Positions 52,710 through 61,289 of a DNA stretch of 64,000 nt are shown piece after piece (position 1 is the stretch's first letter; each line of letters opens with the position of its first letter). The position numbers and the translations under genes were made by a program. Origin of the DNA: Calditrichia bacterium. Its GTDB lineage: Bacteria; Calditrichota; Calditrichia; JAJRVZ01. A model generated the notes under the pieces. The model did not search any database. It had not been told where the DNA came from and saw only the letters and a program-made list of their open reading frames with translations. The DNA is taken from assembly GCA_963777955.1 (NCBI GenBank), contig CAVZSQ010000019.1:288001-352000 (forward strand). Direction: 5' to 3'.

Positions 52710-52801
52710 ATTCAGTTCTCAGAATCGATAGAGTAACTCAATCTAAATAATAATACCGGTTGATGCTAATCGGAACAACGCCATTTGCAACGGAGTATGT
52801 A

Positions 52802-53413
52802 CTAGGACATACGTTTCAGCTCAAAAACAATAGACAAAAAATTGCTCAGCAGAAATCCGGTCACTCCCCAGATGACTTCCTGGTTATAGTAGTAAAAATG
52901 TACATCCCACAGGATGCCGTTTCTCTCCCATTTTTTTTGTTCGAATATCTCCGGTTGTAATAAGTGCTGCAACGGTACTTCAATCAATTGGGATATCTCG
53001 GCGGAATTAACGCGATACGGATATGGATATGAAAAGTATCCAACATAGGGGGTCACCATAAAATTAGTGTTGGTTAAAAATTTGTCGGTATGACCCAGTA
53101 TGGTTATATCCTGTTCCCGAATCCCTACTTCCTCCCATGTTTCACGCAAGGCAGTAGCCTGCAGGTCCTGATCGTTTTTATCCCATACTCCGCCCGGGAA
53201 GGAAATTTGTCCTTTGTGATGTTCAACAATCTCGGTACGTTTGGTAAACAATAGACAGGGAATCTGATCCCTATAAAAAAGCGGGATTAGAACGGCTGCC
53301 TCGCGGTGAGCGACGTCGGCATATTGATATGTCTGCTGTTGATGATTTTCCAGCCGGGTTTTAATCAGGGAATATAGTTCCGTTGGTGATTTAAGATCAG
53401 TATTCCTAGCCAT
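52802..53413 (-). CDS. CoA pyrophosphatase (Nudix)
   Basis: AAVL, LFTKR..H.GQISFPGG, TALRETWEEVG, IWGVT. Confidence 0.88.
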   Translation of the reverse strand: MARNTDLKSPTELYSLIKTRLENHQQQTYQYADVAHREAAVLIPLFYRDQIPCLLFTKRTEIVEHHKGQISFPGGVWDKNDQDLQATALRETWEEVGIREQDITILGHTDKFLTNTNFMVTPYVGYFSYPYPYRVNSAEISQLIEVPLQHLLQPEIFEQKKWERNGILWDVHFYYYNQEVIWGVTGFLLSNFLSIVFELKRMS

Positions 53414-53501
53414 GCAGTATAAAACGAAAATCTGTCAGAAATTATATCAGGATTCTGTAAGATTATCGGGAATTCCGGACAAAATACAAATCCAGAAGTC
53501 C

Positions 53502-53789
53502 TCAATCTTTCAGATACAGATTACGGGCGCTGAGGAATTTCTCGATTTTGCCTATCAGGGCAGATTCAAAAGCCAGCAGATACTTTTCTGCTCCGCGGCG
53601 GGTATGTGCTACTTGCTCCGCCCAGTGCAGAATTACTTCCAGTTCCTTAGGAGTGAAAGACATACTGTAATTGACATAACAGTTTTTTAACCGTCTGATC
53701 AGGGCTAGCTCCTGGGGAAAAGGACTGCTTTGGTCGTTCTCAGCCCAACCGTTTACTATTTTAATTTCAGCTGATGACAGGTGCAGCAT
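53502..53789 (-). CDS. Hypothetical protein
   Basis: 95-aa ORF overlapping the upstream methyltransferase stop and filling the gap. Confidence 0.5.
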   Translation of the reverse strand: MLHLSSAEIKIVNGWAENDQSSPFPQELALIRRLKNCYVNYSMSFTPKELEVILHWAEQVAHTRRGAEKYLLAFESALIGKIEKFLSARNLYLKD

Positions 53790-54450
53790 AATCGATCCTA
53801 TAGATATAAATAACCTGTTGTTTATTATTTAAGTTAACCGTTCTTTGATCTGTTTTATATTTCCACTTGTGTTCATCCAGCATGCTGAAAAACTCCCTGG
53901 CTATGCGGCGGCCCGGTTCAGCTATAAGAATCCAGCCATGATCTTTAAGCGCTTGACCGTAAAAAGTCAGGAGCGGTGTCAGCATTTTCCGCTCATATAA
54001 TATATCGGCACCGATTATGATATCATAAGTTTCCTGTAGTGATGGAATTCGCCAGTCCAGCAATTGTACATCCGGCAGGTAACCAAAATTCCGTTTAAAA
54101 TTACGCCGGGTAAATTCCAGGGCCACCGGATCATAATCAGTAAATAAAACATCAGCTTCAGCAGCCCGGGCTGCTATTCCGGCTAAACCCAGTCCACAAC
54201 CCAATTCCAGTACCCTTTTATTTTTAAAATATTTGCGGTTTTCCAGAATATGTTCACCTAGTCCAAGGGAGGACGGCCATAATTCTGCCCAGTAGGGAAA
54301 ACGGTCTTCACTTTTAAACTCAGTTTCATTCATACTTTCTATCAACTTATCTGTATCCCCGATGGTTTCCAGGACAAACGAATATTTACCGAGGGATATG
54401 GTCTTTATTTCTAAATAATCGACCAGAGCCCGGTAAAATTTATTCCCCAT
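53767..54450 (-). CDS. SAM-dependent methyltransferase (Methyltransf_16/METTL21-like)
   Basis: PYWAELWPS, VLELGCGLG, TDYD, LDW, GADILYE, EPGR. Confidence 0.85.
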   Translation of the reverse strand: MGNKFYRALVDYLEIKTISLGKYSFVLETIGDTDKLIESMNETEFKSEDRFPYWAELWPSSLGLGEHILENRKYFKNKRVLELGCGLGLAGIAARAAEADVLFTDYDPVALEFTRRNFKRNFGYLPDVQLLDWRIPSLQETYDIIIGADILYERKMLTPLLTFYGQALKDHGWILIAEPGRRIAREFFSMLDEHKWKYKTDQRTVNLNNKQQVIYIYRIDYAAPVIS

Positions 54451-54482
54451 CTGTTTAAACTAAAAAATTGATCAGTTTTTAC

Positions 54483-55814
54483 TCAGGAAGCAGGAGGATA
54501 AACGGCATATTTATTGCCTTCGGTTATGATAGTGATGGTCGTGGCTGGATTTTGGGCAATCCAATGATCGACCAGATCCTGAGCATTATGGCAGGGTGTT
54601 AAATGAATATCTTCCAGCTCCTGATCCGTCAATCTGCTCATGACATGAATTGATTTCAGATTACTGATCATCTGGGCGAATTTATATGTTTTATGCGCAT
54701 ACATGACATATTTTTGGTTGTATTGCTCCATAATTGCCGGCAGGGGTTGTTTCAAGGGATCATAAAAATTATGAATAGATTTTTCCGGACCAATACCATT
54801 ACGGCAGCCAGCCAGAAACAACACCTCTCCGCCCTGACGAATGCCATTCTTACTTAATTCCAGCGCGCGTTGTGCAGAATATAAAGATTCGTCGTTGGGG
54901 TAACCGCCGCAACTAACGATTAAATTATCCGCTACGGGAATTTGCACACTCATCAATCGGTCGACTTGCCTGATCCCTTCGGTAACGGTCGGTTCCAGCA
55001 AGCCAGCCCCGGCCCAGAGAATATTATTCTTGATGGAAATCGTGGCAACTACATACACCGGCCGGTGGCGCACAATCAGCCGGTACGCTTCCCACATATC
55101 CTGAGCCAGTGGATTGGTACGCCGTTTTACATCGGGATGCAGGGGATGATGCCCGAAGGTGGATTCCGGACGCAGGCTTAAAGCATGATTTTGCTCAACC
55201 GTCTGGTAGGCACATATACCCGGAACGAAATTTTTTATAGCATTGGAATAGCCGGCAAAATAGTGATTTTTCATATCGGACAGTACGATGAATATTTCAG
55301 CATCCTGAATGGCGGTATTGACCATGACCTGATTGCCAATCGAATCGGTGGTGCCGGCTGCATAGAAAGGACCGTGCTGACAATCGTGAATAATAATCCT
55401 GCCCAAAGCGAATTCATATTGGGCTGCATATTGCCGCAGGCTTTCCACAATTTCGTAATTCCCATCATTCTCACCATCATGAGTACCGGTGGCCAGCAGT
55501 ACCGTTATTTTTTCGGCGACAGGCAAATGAGGGCCCAGAACCGTTAATAAATCATCTAGCGGAACCGTCCTGGTGGCATCCTCTACAATCATAGCCACAC
55601 GTTTGTTACGGATCAGATCCTCTAACCGCACCGCGTGTGTGCCATGCCCCTCTGCTGATCGTGCCACGGCCTCTTTTAATTTATCCCGGTTCTCACCATT
55701 GACCGATCCCTGTTTTAAATCCATGTAAAATTGGACATTGGCGGCCGGAATTTTAAGCTCGATCTCTGAGTCATCATAAGGAATACGATATGATTGGTGT
55801 ATCAATTCATTCAT
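54483..55814 (-). CDS. Lactate racemase LarA-family (DUF2088) protein
   Basis: DATR, ATGTH, HD, HYFAGYS..K...PG, EQNH, GGYP.D..LY. Confidence 0.8.
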   Translation of the reverse strand: MNELIHQSYRIPYDDSEIELKIPAANVQFYMDLKQGSVNGENRDKLKEAVARSAEGHGTHAVRLEDLIRNKRVAMIVEDATRTVPLDDLLTVLGPHLPVAEKITVLLATGTHDGENDGNYEIVESLRQYAAQYEFALGRIIIHDCQHGPFYAAGTTDSIGNQVMVNTAIQDAEIFIVLSDMKNHYFAGYSNAIKNFVPGICAYQTVEQNHALSLRPESTFGHHPLHPDVKRRTNPLAQDMWEAYRLIVRHRPVYVVATISIKNNILWAGAGLLEPTVTEGIRQVDRLMSVQIPVADNLIVSCGGYPNDESLYSAQRALELSKNGIRQGGEVLFLAGCRNGIGPEKSIHNFYDPLKQPLPAIMEQYNQKYVMYAHKTYKFAQMISNLKSIHVMSRLTDQELEDIHLTPCHNAQDLVDHWIAQNPATTITIITEGNKYAVYPPAS

Positions 55815-55925
55815 ATTTCTACCGCTTATATTAAAATATTATACGTAGAAACCTGTTATTTGCTTCAGCTCTGATCTGCACTGTTTTGCCAAAACACATT
55901 TTTACTGTCAGCATCTTAGCCCTGC

Positions 55926-57083
55926 CTATGTTACTCTGATATAATCCAGTACCTTTTTCGCTGCCTGTAAGGATGCCCCGGGGGGACCCAGTTTTTCCCC
56001 GACAATTTTCAGTTTTTCCCGTATTTTATCATTTACGGGTTGTTGGAAAAATCCGGCCAGCAGGATAGCAGCTTTGTGGACCTGAAAATCGTCCTGCAAC
56101 AACTCATCAGCAACTTTTTCTCCGGCCACAATGTTGGCCAGGCCAATAAACTTAAGTCGTACCAGCATTTTACCCAGGAACCAGGTCAATCGATGCACTT
56201 TATATACGATTATCATCGGAACCCGAAAATAGGCTGTCTCCAGTGTAGCCGTGCCAGAAGATACCAGGGCAGCATCCAATCGATTATAAAAGCCATCCAT
56301 ATTCCCACGGTACAATTTAATATAATCTTCCTGCCCAATATACTGATTATAAACCGAATCCGGTATATGATTCACACCGGCGATCAAAACATGATCGATC
56401 AGTTTTTTCTGATGGAGCAATCTGCTGGTGGCGGTCATATTGACCAGTAAATTCGAAAGTTCCTGCATCCGGCTGCCCGGCAAAAGACCAAGGACAACTT
56501 CTCCCGCCGGATTAAAACTTTTTGGCCGGACCTGATTATAATATGTATCCACCAGCGGATGCCCGACATAATCAGCCTGGATACCGTAACGGGCATAGAA
56601 TTCAACCTCAAAGGGAAAAAGTACCAGCATATGGTCGACGTATTTCTTGATCCTTCTTACCCTACCCTGGCCCCAGGCCCATAACTGCGGACTGATATAA
56701 TAAATCACCTGAATTCCCATCTTCTTAATCTTTTTCGCCAGGCGCAGATTGAATCCCGGGTAATCAACCAGAATGACTGCCTGAGGCCTTACTTCATTTA
56801 TATGTTTAACCAGGTTTTTGAATACCTTTCTGATCGCAGGCAGGTGCCGGATCACTTCGCCCAATCCCAGATAGGCCATCTGTCTTATATGAAATATAGC
56901 CCGAAATCCCCCGCTGATCATACTATCACCGCCGATGCCGCTAAACCTGATACCCGGCTTTAGCTTTTTTATTTCTGAAATCAATCCGGCCGCATGCATA
57001 TCACCGGATACCTCACCGGCAACAACGACCAGGTTTATTGATTCCCCGGCAGGAATATTTTCGGTTCTTTCTTCTAGATCCAT
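55926..57083 (-). CDS. lpxB: Lipid-A-disaccharide synthase
   Basis: AGEVSGD, DYPGFN, SPQLWAW, LFPFE, VGHPL, LPGSR, SGTATLE. Confidence 0.96.
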   Translation of the reverse strand: MDLEERTENIPAGESINLVVVAGEVSGDMHAAGLISEIKKLKPGIRFSGIGGDSMISGGFRAIFHIRQMAYLGLGEVIRHLPAIRKVFKNLVKHINEVRPQAVILVDYPGFNLRLAKKIKKMGIQVIYYISPQLWAWGQGRVRRIKKYVDHMLVLFPFEVEFYARYGIQADYVGHPLVDTYYNQVRPKSFNPAGEVVLGLLPGSRMQELSNLLVNMTATSRLLHQKKLIDHVLIAGVNHIPDSVYNQYIGQEDYIKLYRGNMDGFYNRLDAALVSSGTATLETAYFRVPMIIVYKVHRLTWFLGKMLVRLKFIGLANIVAGEKVADELLQDDFQVHKAAILLAGFFQQPVNDKIREKLKIVGEKLGPPGASLQAAKKVLDYIRVT

Positions 57084-57224
57084 TCACTTGACCCGATCAT
57101 GGGTGATTTTTATTTATCACGATAACTGAATATACGATATTTTGAGGGATTTTGGTAGCCGCTGAACCAGCCTTACAATTGATGGGGATTAAAGAGTAGT
57201 ATATAACTGATTGAGAACTAAACA

Positions 57225-57253
57225 GCAACCGCAGGACAAAGTCCTGCGGTTGC
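57225..57253 (-). terminator. Hairpin / probable terminator
   Basis: Perfect 13-bp stem GCAACCGCAGGAC-AAA-GTCCTGCGGTTGC with only a weak U tract. Confidence 0.6.
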
Positions 57254-57272
57254 CGATCGTGAAAAGAAACCG

Positions 57273-57641
57273 TTACTCCCCTGATCCCGCAGAAGATTTC
57301 CGGTCGAGTTCACGTTTGGCCAGAAAATAATAGACCAGAAATGCTATTCCGGCCATTATGAACATTGCACATAAGGTCATCTGTTCTTTTTCACCTGCCG
57401 GAAATTGTTGTCCAATTATTATTCCCAAGCCAAGAGCGATCAAAACGAGTCCCCAGCGTACCGAATTAAATGGTTCAGAAAAAGTATTTGGACTTTTAAA
57501 GTACAGATACTTGATCTTTTCATCAACCTGACCACTATCTATCAGGCGCCGGCGGATGCGATTATCCGAAACGACCTTAACGATATAACCGATTATTCCA
57601 AAAAAGACTGGTACGATAATTATGGGTGCAAGATTTTCCAT
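57273..57641 (-). CDS. Small three-TM membrane protein (DUF6249-like)
   Basis: TM helix, RIRRRLI..G, then RWGLVLI.LGLG and a further TM helix; AAGGAG RBS; divergent from an ECF sigma. Confidence 0.7.
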   Translation of the reverse strand: MENLAPIIIVPVFFGIIGYIVKVVSDNRIRRRLIDSGQVDEKIKYLYFKSPNTFSEPFNSVRWGLVLIALGLGIIIGQQFPAGEKEQMTLCAMFIMAGIAFLVYYFLAKRELDRKSSAGSGE

Positions 57642-57676
57642 TAGTTACTCCTTCAAATTTTATATGCTGATAGAAT

Positions 57677-57743
57677 AGACACACCCAGATGCAAAAAGTT
57701 GCAGGTAGAATTTGACTGCAACATTTTTTATTTTAAATTGTCT
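57677..57743. promoter_or_regulatory. Two divergent ECF-type promoters TGCAAC-N17-GTCT
   Basis: Plus strand 57717-57743 and minus strand 57703-57677 have identical boxes and spacing. Confidence 0.7.
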
Positions 57744-57761
57744 TATCTGTTAAACTGACGC

Positions 57762-58367
57762 ATGCGAGTGGATGACGATAAACTTATAATTGAAGAAATC
57801 CTGGGCGGTGCAACAAATTCATTCCGCATCCTGGTCGAACGCTATCAACGACTGGTGGTGCATATTGTTTTCCGACTAATCCCTAATCCGGCCGACCGGG
57901 AAGAAATCTGTCAAGAAATTTTTATCAAGGTTTATCAGCATCTGGCCACATTTAAGTTCAGTTCCAAATTGTCAACCTGGATTGGCAGAATCGCATTCAA
58001 TACCACTATGAACCATCTGCGCAAAGAAAAAATGACCTTGTTCGATGATTTCTCTTCTTCAATCGATAAAGAGCATGACCGGTGCACCAATCTTGGTCCG
58101 GATAACTTTCAACCCGGTCAGATCAAGCCGGATACCTTTTCTGAAAACGAGGAGAAATACAGGATCGTACAGGAACGTGTGGCCGATCTCCCGGCCCCGT
58201 ACCGGTTGATCATAACCCTGTTTCACCTGGATGAATTGAGTTATCAGGAAATTGCCGCCATTACCGCTTTACCGGAGGGTACTATAAAAAGTCATCTGTT
58301 TCGTGGTCGAAGATTACTTAAAGAAAAATTAGTTACCGAATTTAAAGGAGAGGAAATATGGACCTGA
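57762..58367 (+). CDS. ECF sigma-70 factor
   Basis: LVERYQ, EEICQEIF, STWI.RIA.N, LSYQEIA....PEGTIKSHLFRGR. Confidence 0.93.
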   Translation: MRVDDDKLIIEEILGGATNSFRILVERYQRLVVHIVFRLIPNPADREEICQEIFIKVYQHLATFKFSSKLSTWIGRIAFNTTMNHLRKEKMTLFDDFSSSIDKEHDRCTNLGPDNFQPGQIKPDTFSENEEKYRIVQERVADLPAPYRLIITLFHLDELSYQEIAAITALPEGTIKSHLFRGRRLLKEKLVTEFKGEEIWT

Positions 58368-58834
58368 GCCATCTTTCCGATGAACAAATTCAAAATTACC
58401 TTGATCAGGCCGATCCGCTCAACCGGGCAGAAATTGAAAGACATTTACAAAATTGTCTGTACTGTACCCACAATCTCCAGATCTACCGGGGTATCTATCA
58501 CCAGTTGAGCCAGGATCTGCTACCGGATCTTTCTAAAAATTTTTCCGGTCTGGTATTAACCAGAATAAAATCCAGTCAGGATGAGAAAACCAACTTCTGG
58601 GAAAATATCTTTTTTATAGCCCTGTTGGTAATCGGTGCCGTAATCAGTTCTTACCTGATTAATCCGCTGCCTTTACTAAAATTAATGGCAGAACCTCTAT
58701 ATGATCTTTTTAGCAAAACCCTGAGTATAGTTCCCGGGCAATTAAATAATACCCTGATTCTGATTGCCGGCGGGATAGTAATCCTCATTTTCTACGAATT
58801 TTTAAATAATAAACTATTGAAATCTAAATTATAA
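58358..58834 (+). CDS. Zinc-finger (ZAS) membrane anti-sigma factor
   Basis: HLS...YLD...HLQNCLYC (HxxxCxxC) plus two TM helices; overlaps the sigma stop. Confidence 0.85.
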   Translation: MDLSHLSDEQIQNYLDQADPLNRAEIERHLQNCLYCTHNLQIYRGIYHQLSQDLLPDLSKNFSGLVLTRIKSSQDEKTNFWENIFFIALLVIGAVISSYLINPLPLLKLMAEPLYDLFSKTLSIVPGQLNNTLILIAGGIVILIFYEFLNNKLLKSKL

Positions 58835-58909
58835 TTCAGCCCTGCTGAACTCTGATCTCAAATTGCTTTTATGGCCTGAAATTATTAATTTTATGCGCTT
58901 ATTATACCG

Positions 58910-58994
58910 GCGAGGATGGCGGAATTTGGTAGACGCGCTAGACTTAGGATCTAGTAGGTATGAGCCTATGGGGGTTCAAGTCCCCCTCCTCGCA
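58910..58994 (+). tRNA. tRNA-Leu (anticodon TAG)
   Basis: Acceptor stem GCGAGGA/TCCTCGC, D-loop TGGTAGAC, anticodon arm CTAGA-CT-TAG-GA-TCTAG, long variable arm, GGTTCAAGTCC. CCA is not encoded. Confidence 0.95.
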
Positions 58995-59009
58995 CTATTC
59001 AGGCAGTGA

Positions 59010-61253
59010 TCAAACGACCTGTATCTTTCCTGATCCGCTTTTTTGAAACTTCCCTATTTCTGCAGCAGTTATGAGTCCGGCCTGATGCAGCTCGGTGATA
59101 ATCTGCTCTGCTGACCGTGGCGGAATTGCAGCCAGCAAGCCACCAGATGTCTGTGCATCAGCCAGAATATATTTCATGGAATCCGCTATTGAACCATCCC
59201 ACTGCACCCGCGCTCCTGCATATTCTAGATTATTCCTGGTACCGCCGGGCACCATACCCAGATTAATGAAATCTGCTACCGCTCCCATTACTGGAATACG
59301 GGCAGCCGATAACTGCACATCCACGCGACTGGCTACGCTCATCTCAAGCAGGTGACCCAGCAAACCAAAACCGCTCACATCGGTACAGGCGTGAACCCTA
59401 TAGTTTTTCAGAATTTCCGCTGCCGTTTTATTCAATTGAACCATCACTGCTGTAACTTCCTGACATTTCTCCGCAGTCAACAATCCATTCTTAAGTGCGG
59501 TGGTCAGAATCCCCGTCCCTAATGGTTTAGTCAGGATCAGGACATCCCCCGGTTCTGCACCATGATTTCTCCAGATTTGTTTGGGATGCACCACTCCGCA
59601 GACAACCAGTCCGTATTTCGGTTCGTTATCTTCAATGGTATGTCCACCCAGAATTGCTATTCCCGCTTCGCCGGCCACCTGCTGGGCACCCTGTAATATT
59701 TTTTCCAGTACCTCCAGCGCTAAGCGTTGTGAAGGAAATCCAACTAAATTCAGGGCCAGCAGAGGTTGTGCCCCCATAGCATATATATCGCTCAGCGCAT
59801 TGCTGGCAGCAATACGGCCAAAATCAAAAGGATCATCGACAATCGGAGTAAAAAAATCTACAGTCTGTACAATAGCGGTTTGCTCATTGATCTGGAATAC
59901 GGCAGCATCGTCAGCAGTTTCCGTCCCGACCAATATCCTGCGGTCAACCGGCACAGGTAGATGTTGCAGGATTCTCTCCAGAACCTGCGGCTTGAGTTTA
60001 CAGGCGCAGCCCAGCCCCTGCGTAAAATGGGTTAACCTGGGCATTTCTGCCGGGATTTCAGCCACAGCGCCGGTACCTGCCGGAATTAATTTTTTTACCG
60101 CACCGCTCACAATCCGGATAGTTTCTTCTATTTCCCGGCTGGTGGTCATCCGCCCTGTGGAAAACCGCACAGTACCCATAGCATACTCTGCAGGTACCTG
60201 CATAGCCTGCAAGGTCGGGGAAATATCAATCCGGTCTGAATGGCAGGCCGCTCCGGCTGACACGGCGATTCTGTCACCAATCTCCGACAGCAATAGATTC
60301 GCTTCAATATTAGCAAAACTTATACTGAGTGTATTCGGCAGGCGGTGCTCCGGGTGACCATTGAGCCGGAAAGGTACATGTTCTGTTAACTCGCTGACCA
60401 ATCCGTCGTATAGTTGGTCACGTGTGGATTTCAGATTCTCCATGACTGACGGCAGTTCTGCGACGGCAATTTCGCAGGCTTTGCCCAGACCGATGATTTC
60501 GAGCACATTCTCGGTACCGGCACGCCGGTCGTGTTCATGACCGGCGCCATGGATCAACTTTTCCAACTTCACTCCCCGGCGAACATAGAGCACTCCAATC
60601 CCTTTGGGAGCATATAACTTATGTCCGGCCAGCGAGAGCAGATCGACACCAAGTTCATTGACCCGTACAGAAATTTTGCCCGCACTCTGTGCAGCGTCAG
60701 TATGCATCAGAATATTGTGACGATGCGCCACAGCTGCAATTTCCGGAATCGGTTGAATCGTTCCCACTTCATTATTGGCATGCATGATTGTGATCAGGAT
60801 TGTTTCCGGTCTAATGGCCCTGCGGATATCTTCCGGATCGACCCGGCCATATGAATCGACGGGTACATAGGTAACTTCAAATTGGTGTGCTGCCAAATAC
60901 CGGCATACTTCCATGACTGCCGGATGCTCAACCGCCGATGTGATCAGATGGCGGCCCGAACGGTTTTCAGCAAAGGTCTGGCCTTTTAAGGCCAGACCTT
61001 TAAAGGCCAGACCTTTGATGGCCATATTATTGGATTCACTTCCGCCACTGGTAAAGATTATTTCTTCGGCAGCACATCCAAGCAATCCGGCAATCTGCTG
61101 CCGGGCCAGTTCTATCGCCTGGCGGGTCTGCAGGCCATAGGCATGAGAACTGGAAGGATTTCCGAAATATTCGGTTAAAAATGGTTGCATGGCAGCCACA
61201 ACCTCGGGCAGGAGGGGTGTGGTGGCATTATAGTCGAGATAGATAGGTTTCAC
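59010..61253 (-). CDS. selD: Fused NifS-like cysteine desulfurase/selenocysteine lyase + selenide,water dikinase (SelD)
   Basis: N-half YLDYNATTP, HTDAAQ, GHK, SAGAACHS; C-half GCACK, DDAAV, VDFFTPIVDDP, NALSDIYAMG, TDVSGFGL, DAQTSGGLL; one uninterrupted 747-aa frame. Confidence 0.93.
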   Translation of the reverse strand: MKPIYLDYNATTPLLPEVVAAMQPFLTEYFGNPSSSHAYGLQTRQAIELARQQIAGLLGCAAEEIIFTSGGSESNNMAIKGLAFKGLALKGQTFAENRSGRHLITSAVEHPAVMEVCRYLAAHQFEVTYVPVDSYGRVDPEDIRRAIRPETILITIMHANNEVGTIQPIPEIAAVAHRHNILMHTDAAQSAGKISVRVNELGVDLLSLAGHKLYAPKGIGVLYVRRGVKLEKLIHGAGHEHDRRAGTENVLEIIGLGKACEIAVAELPSVMENLKSTRDQLYDGLVSELTEHVPFRLNGHPEHRLPNTLSISFANIEANLLLSEIGDRIAVSAGAACHSDRIDISPTLQAMQVPAEYAMGTVRFSTGRMTTSREIEETIRIVSGAVKKLIPAGTGAVAEIPAEMPRLTHFTQGLGCACKLKPQVLERILQHLPVPVDRRILVGTETADDAAVFQINEQTAIVQTVDFFTPIVDDPFDFGRIAASNALSDIYAMGAQPLLALNLVGFPSQRLALEVLEKILQGAQQVAGEAGIAILGGHTIEDNEPKYGLVVCGVVHPKQIWRNHGAEPGDVLILTKPLGTGILTTALKNGLLTAEKCQEVTAVMVQLNKTAAEILKNYRVHACTDVSGFGLLGHLLEMSVASRVDVQLSAARIPVMGAVADFINLGMVPGGTRNNLEYAGARVQWDGSIADSMKYILADAQTSGGLLAAIPPRSAEQIITELHQAGLITAAEIGKFQKSGSGKIQVV

Positions 61254-61289
61254 CGGTTATACTCCCTTGGGATTTACGGTTTTAATTTA

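Noticed and set aside
52710..52801. FMN riboswitch upstream of ribD
   Set aside because: The gap is about 90 nt and lacks the conserved FMN aptamer motifs.
58910..59010. tRNA-Leu as an integration site
   Set aside because: I saw no integrase, no duplicated tRNA 3' end and no foreign-looking gene block nearby.
59990..60020. Sec-containing SelD
   Set aside because: The catalytic codons are TGC and TGT (Cys); there is no in-frame TGA.
59581..60357. Long antisense ORFs (for example 258 aa opposite selD, 200 aa opposite rpsA, 186 aa opposite groEL)
   Set aside because: They are shadow frames of well-conserved genes with no protein-family features.
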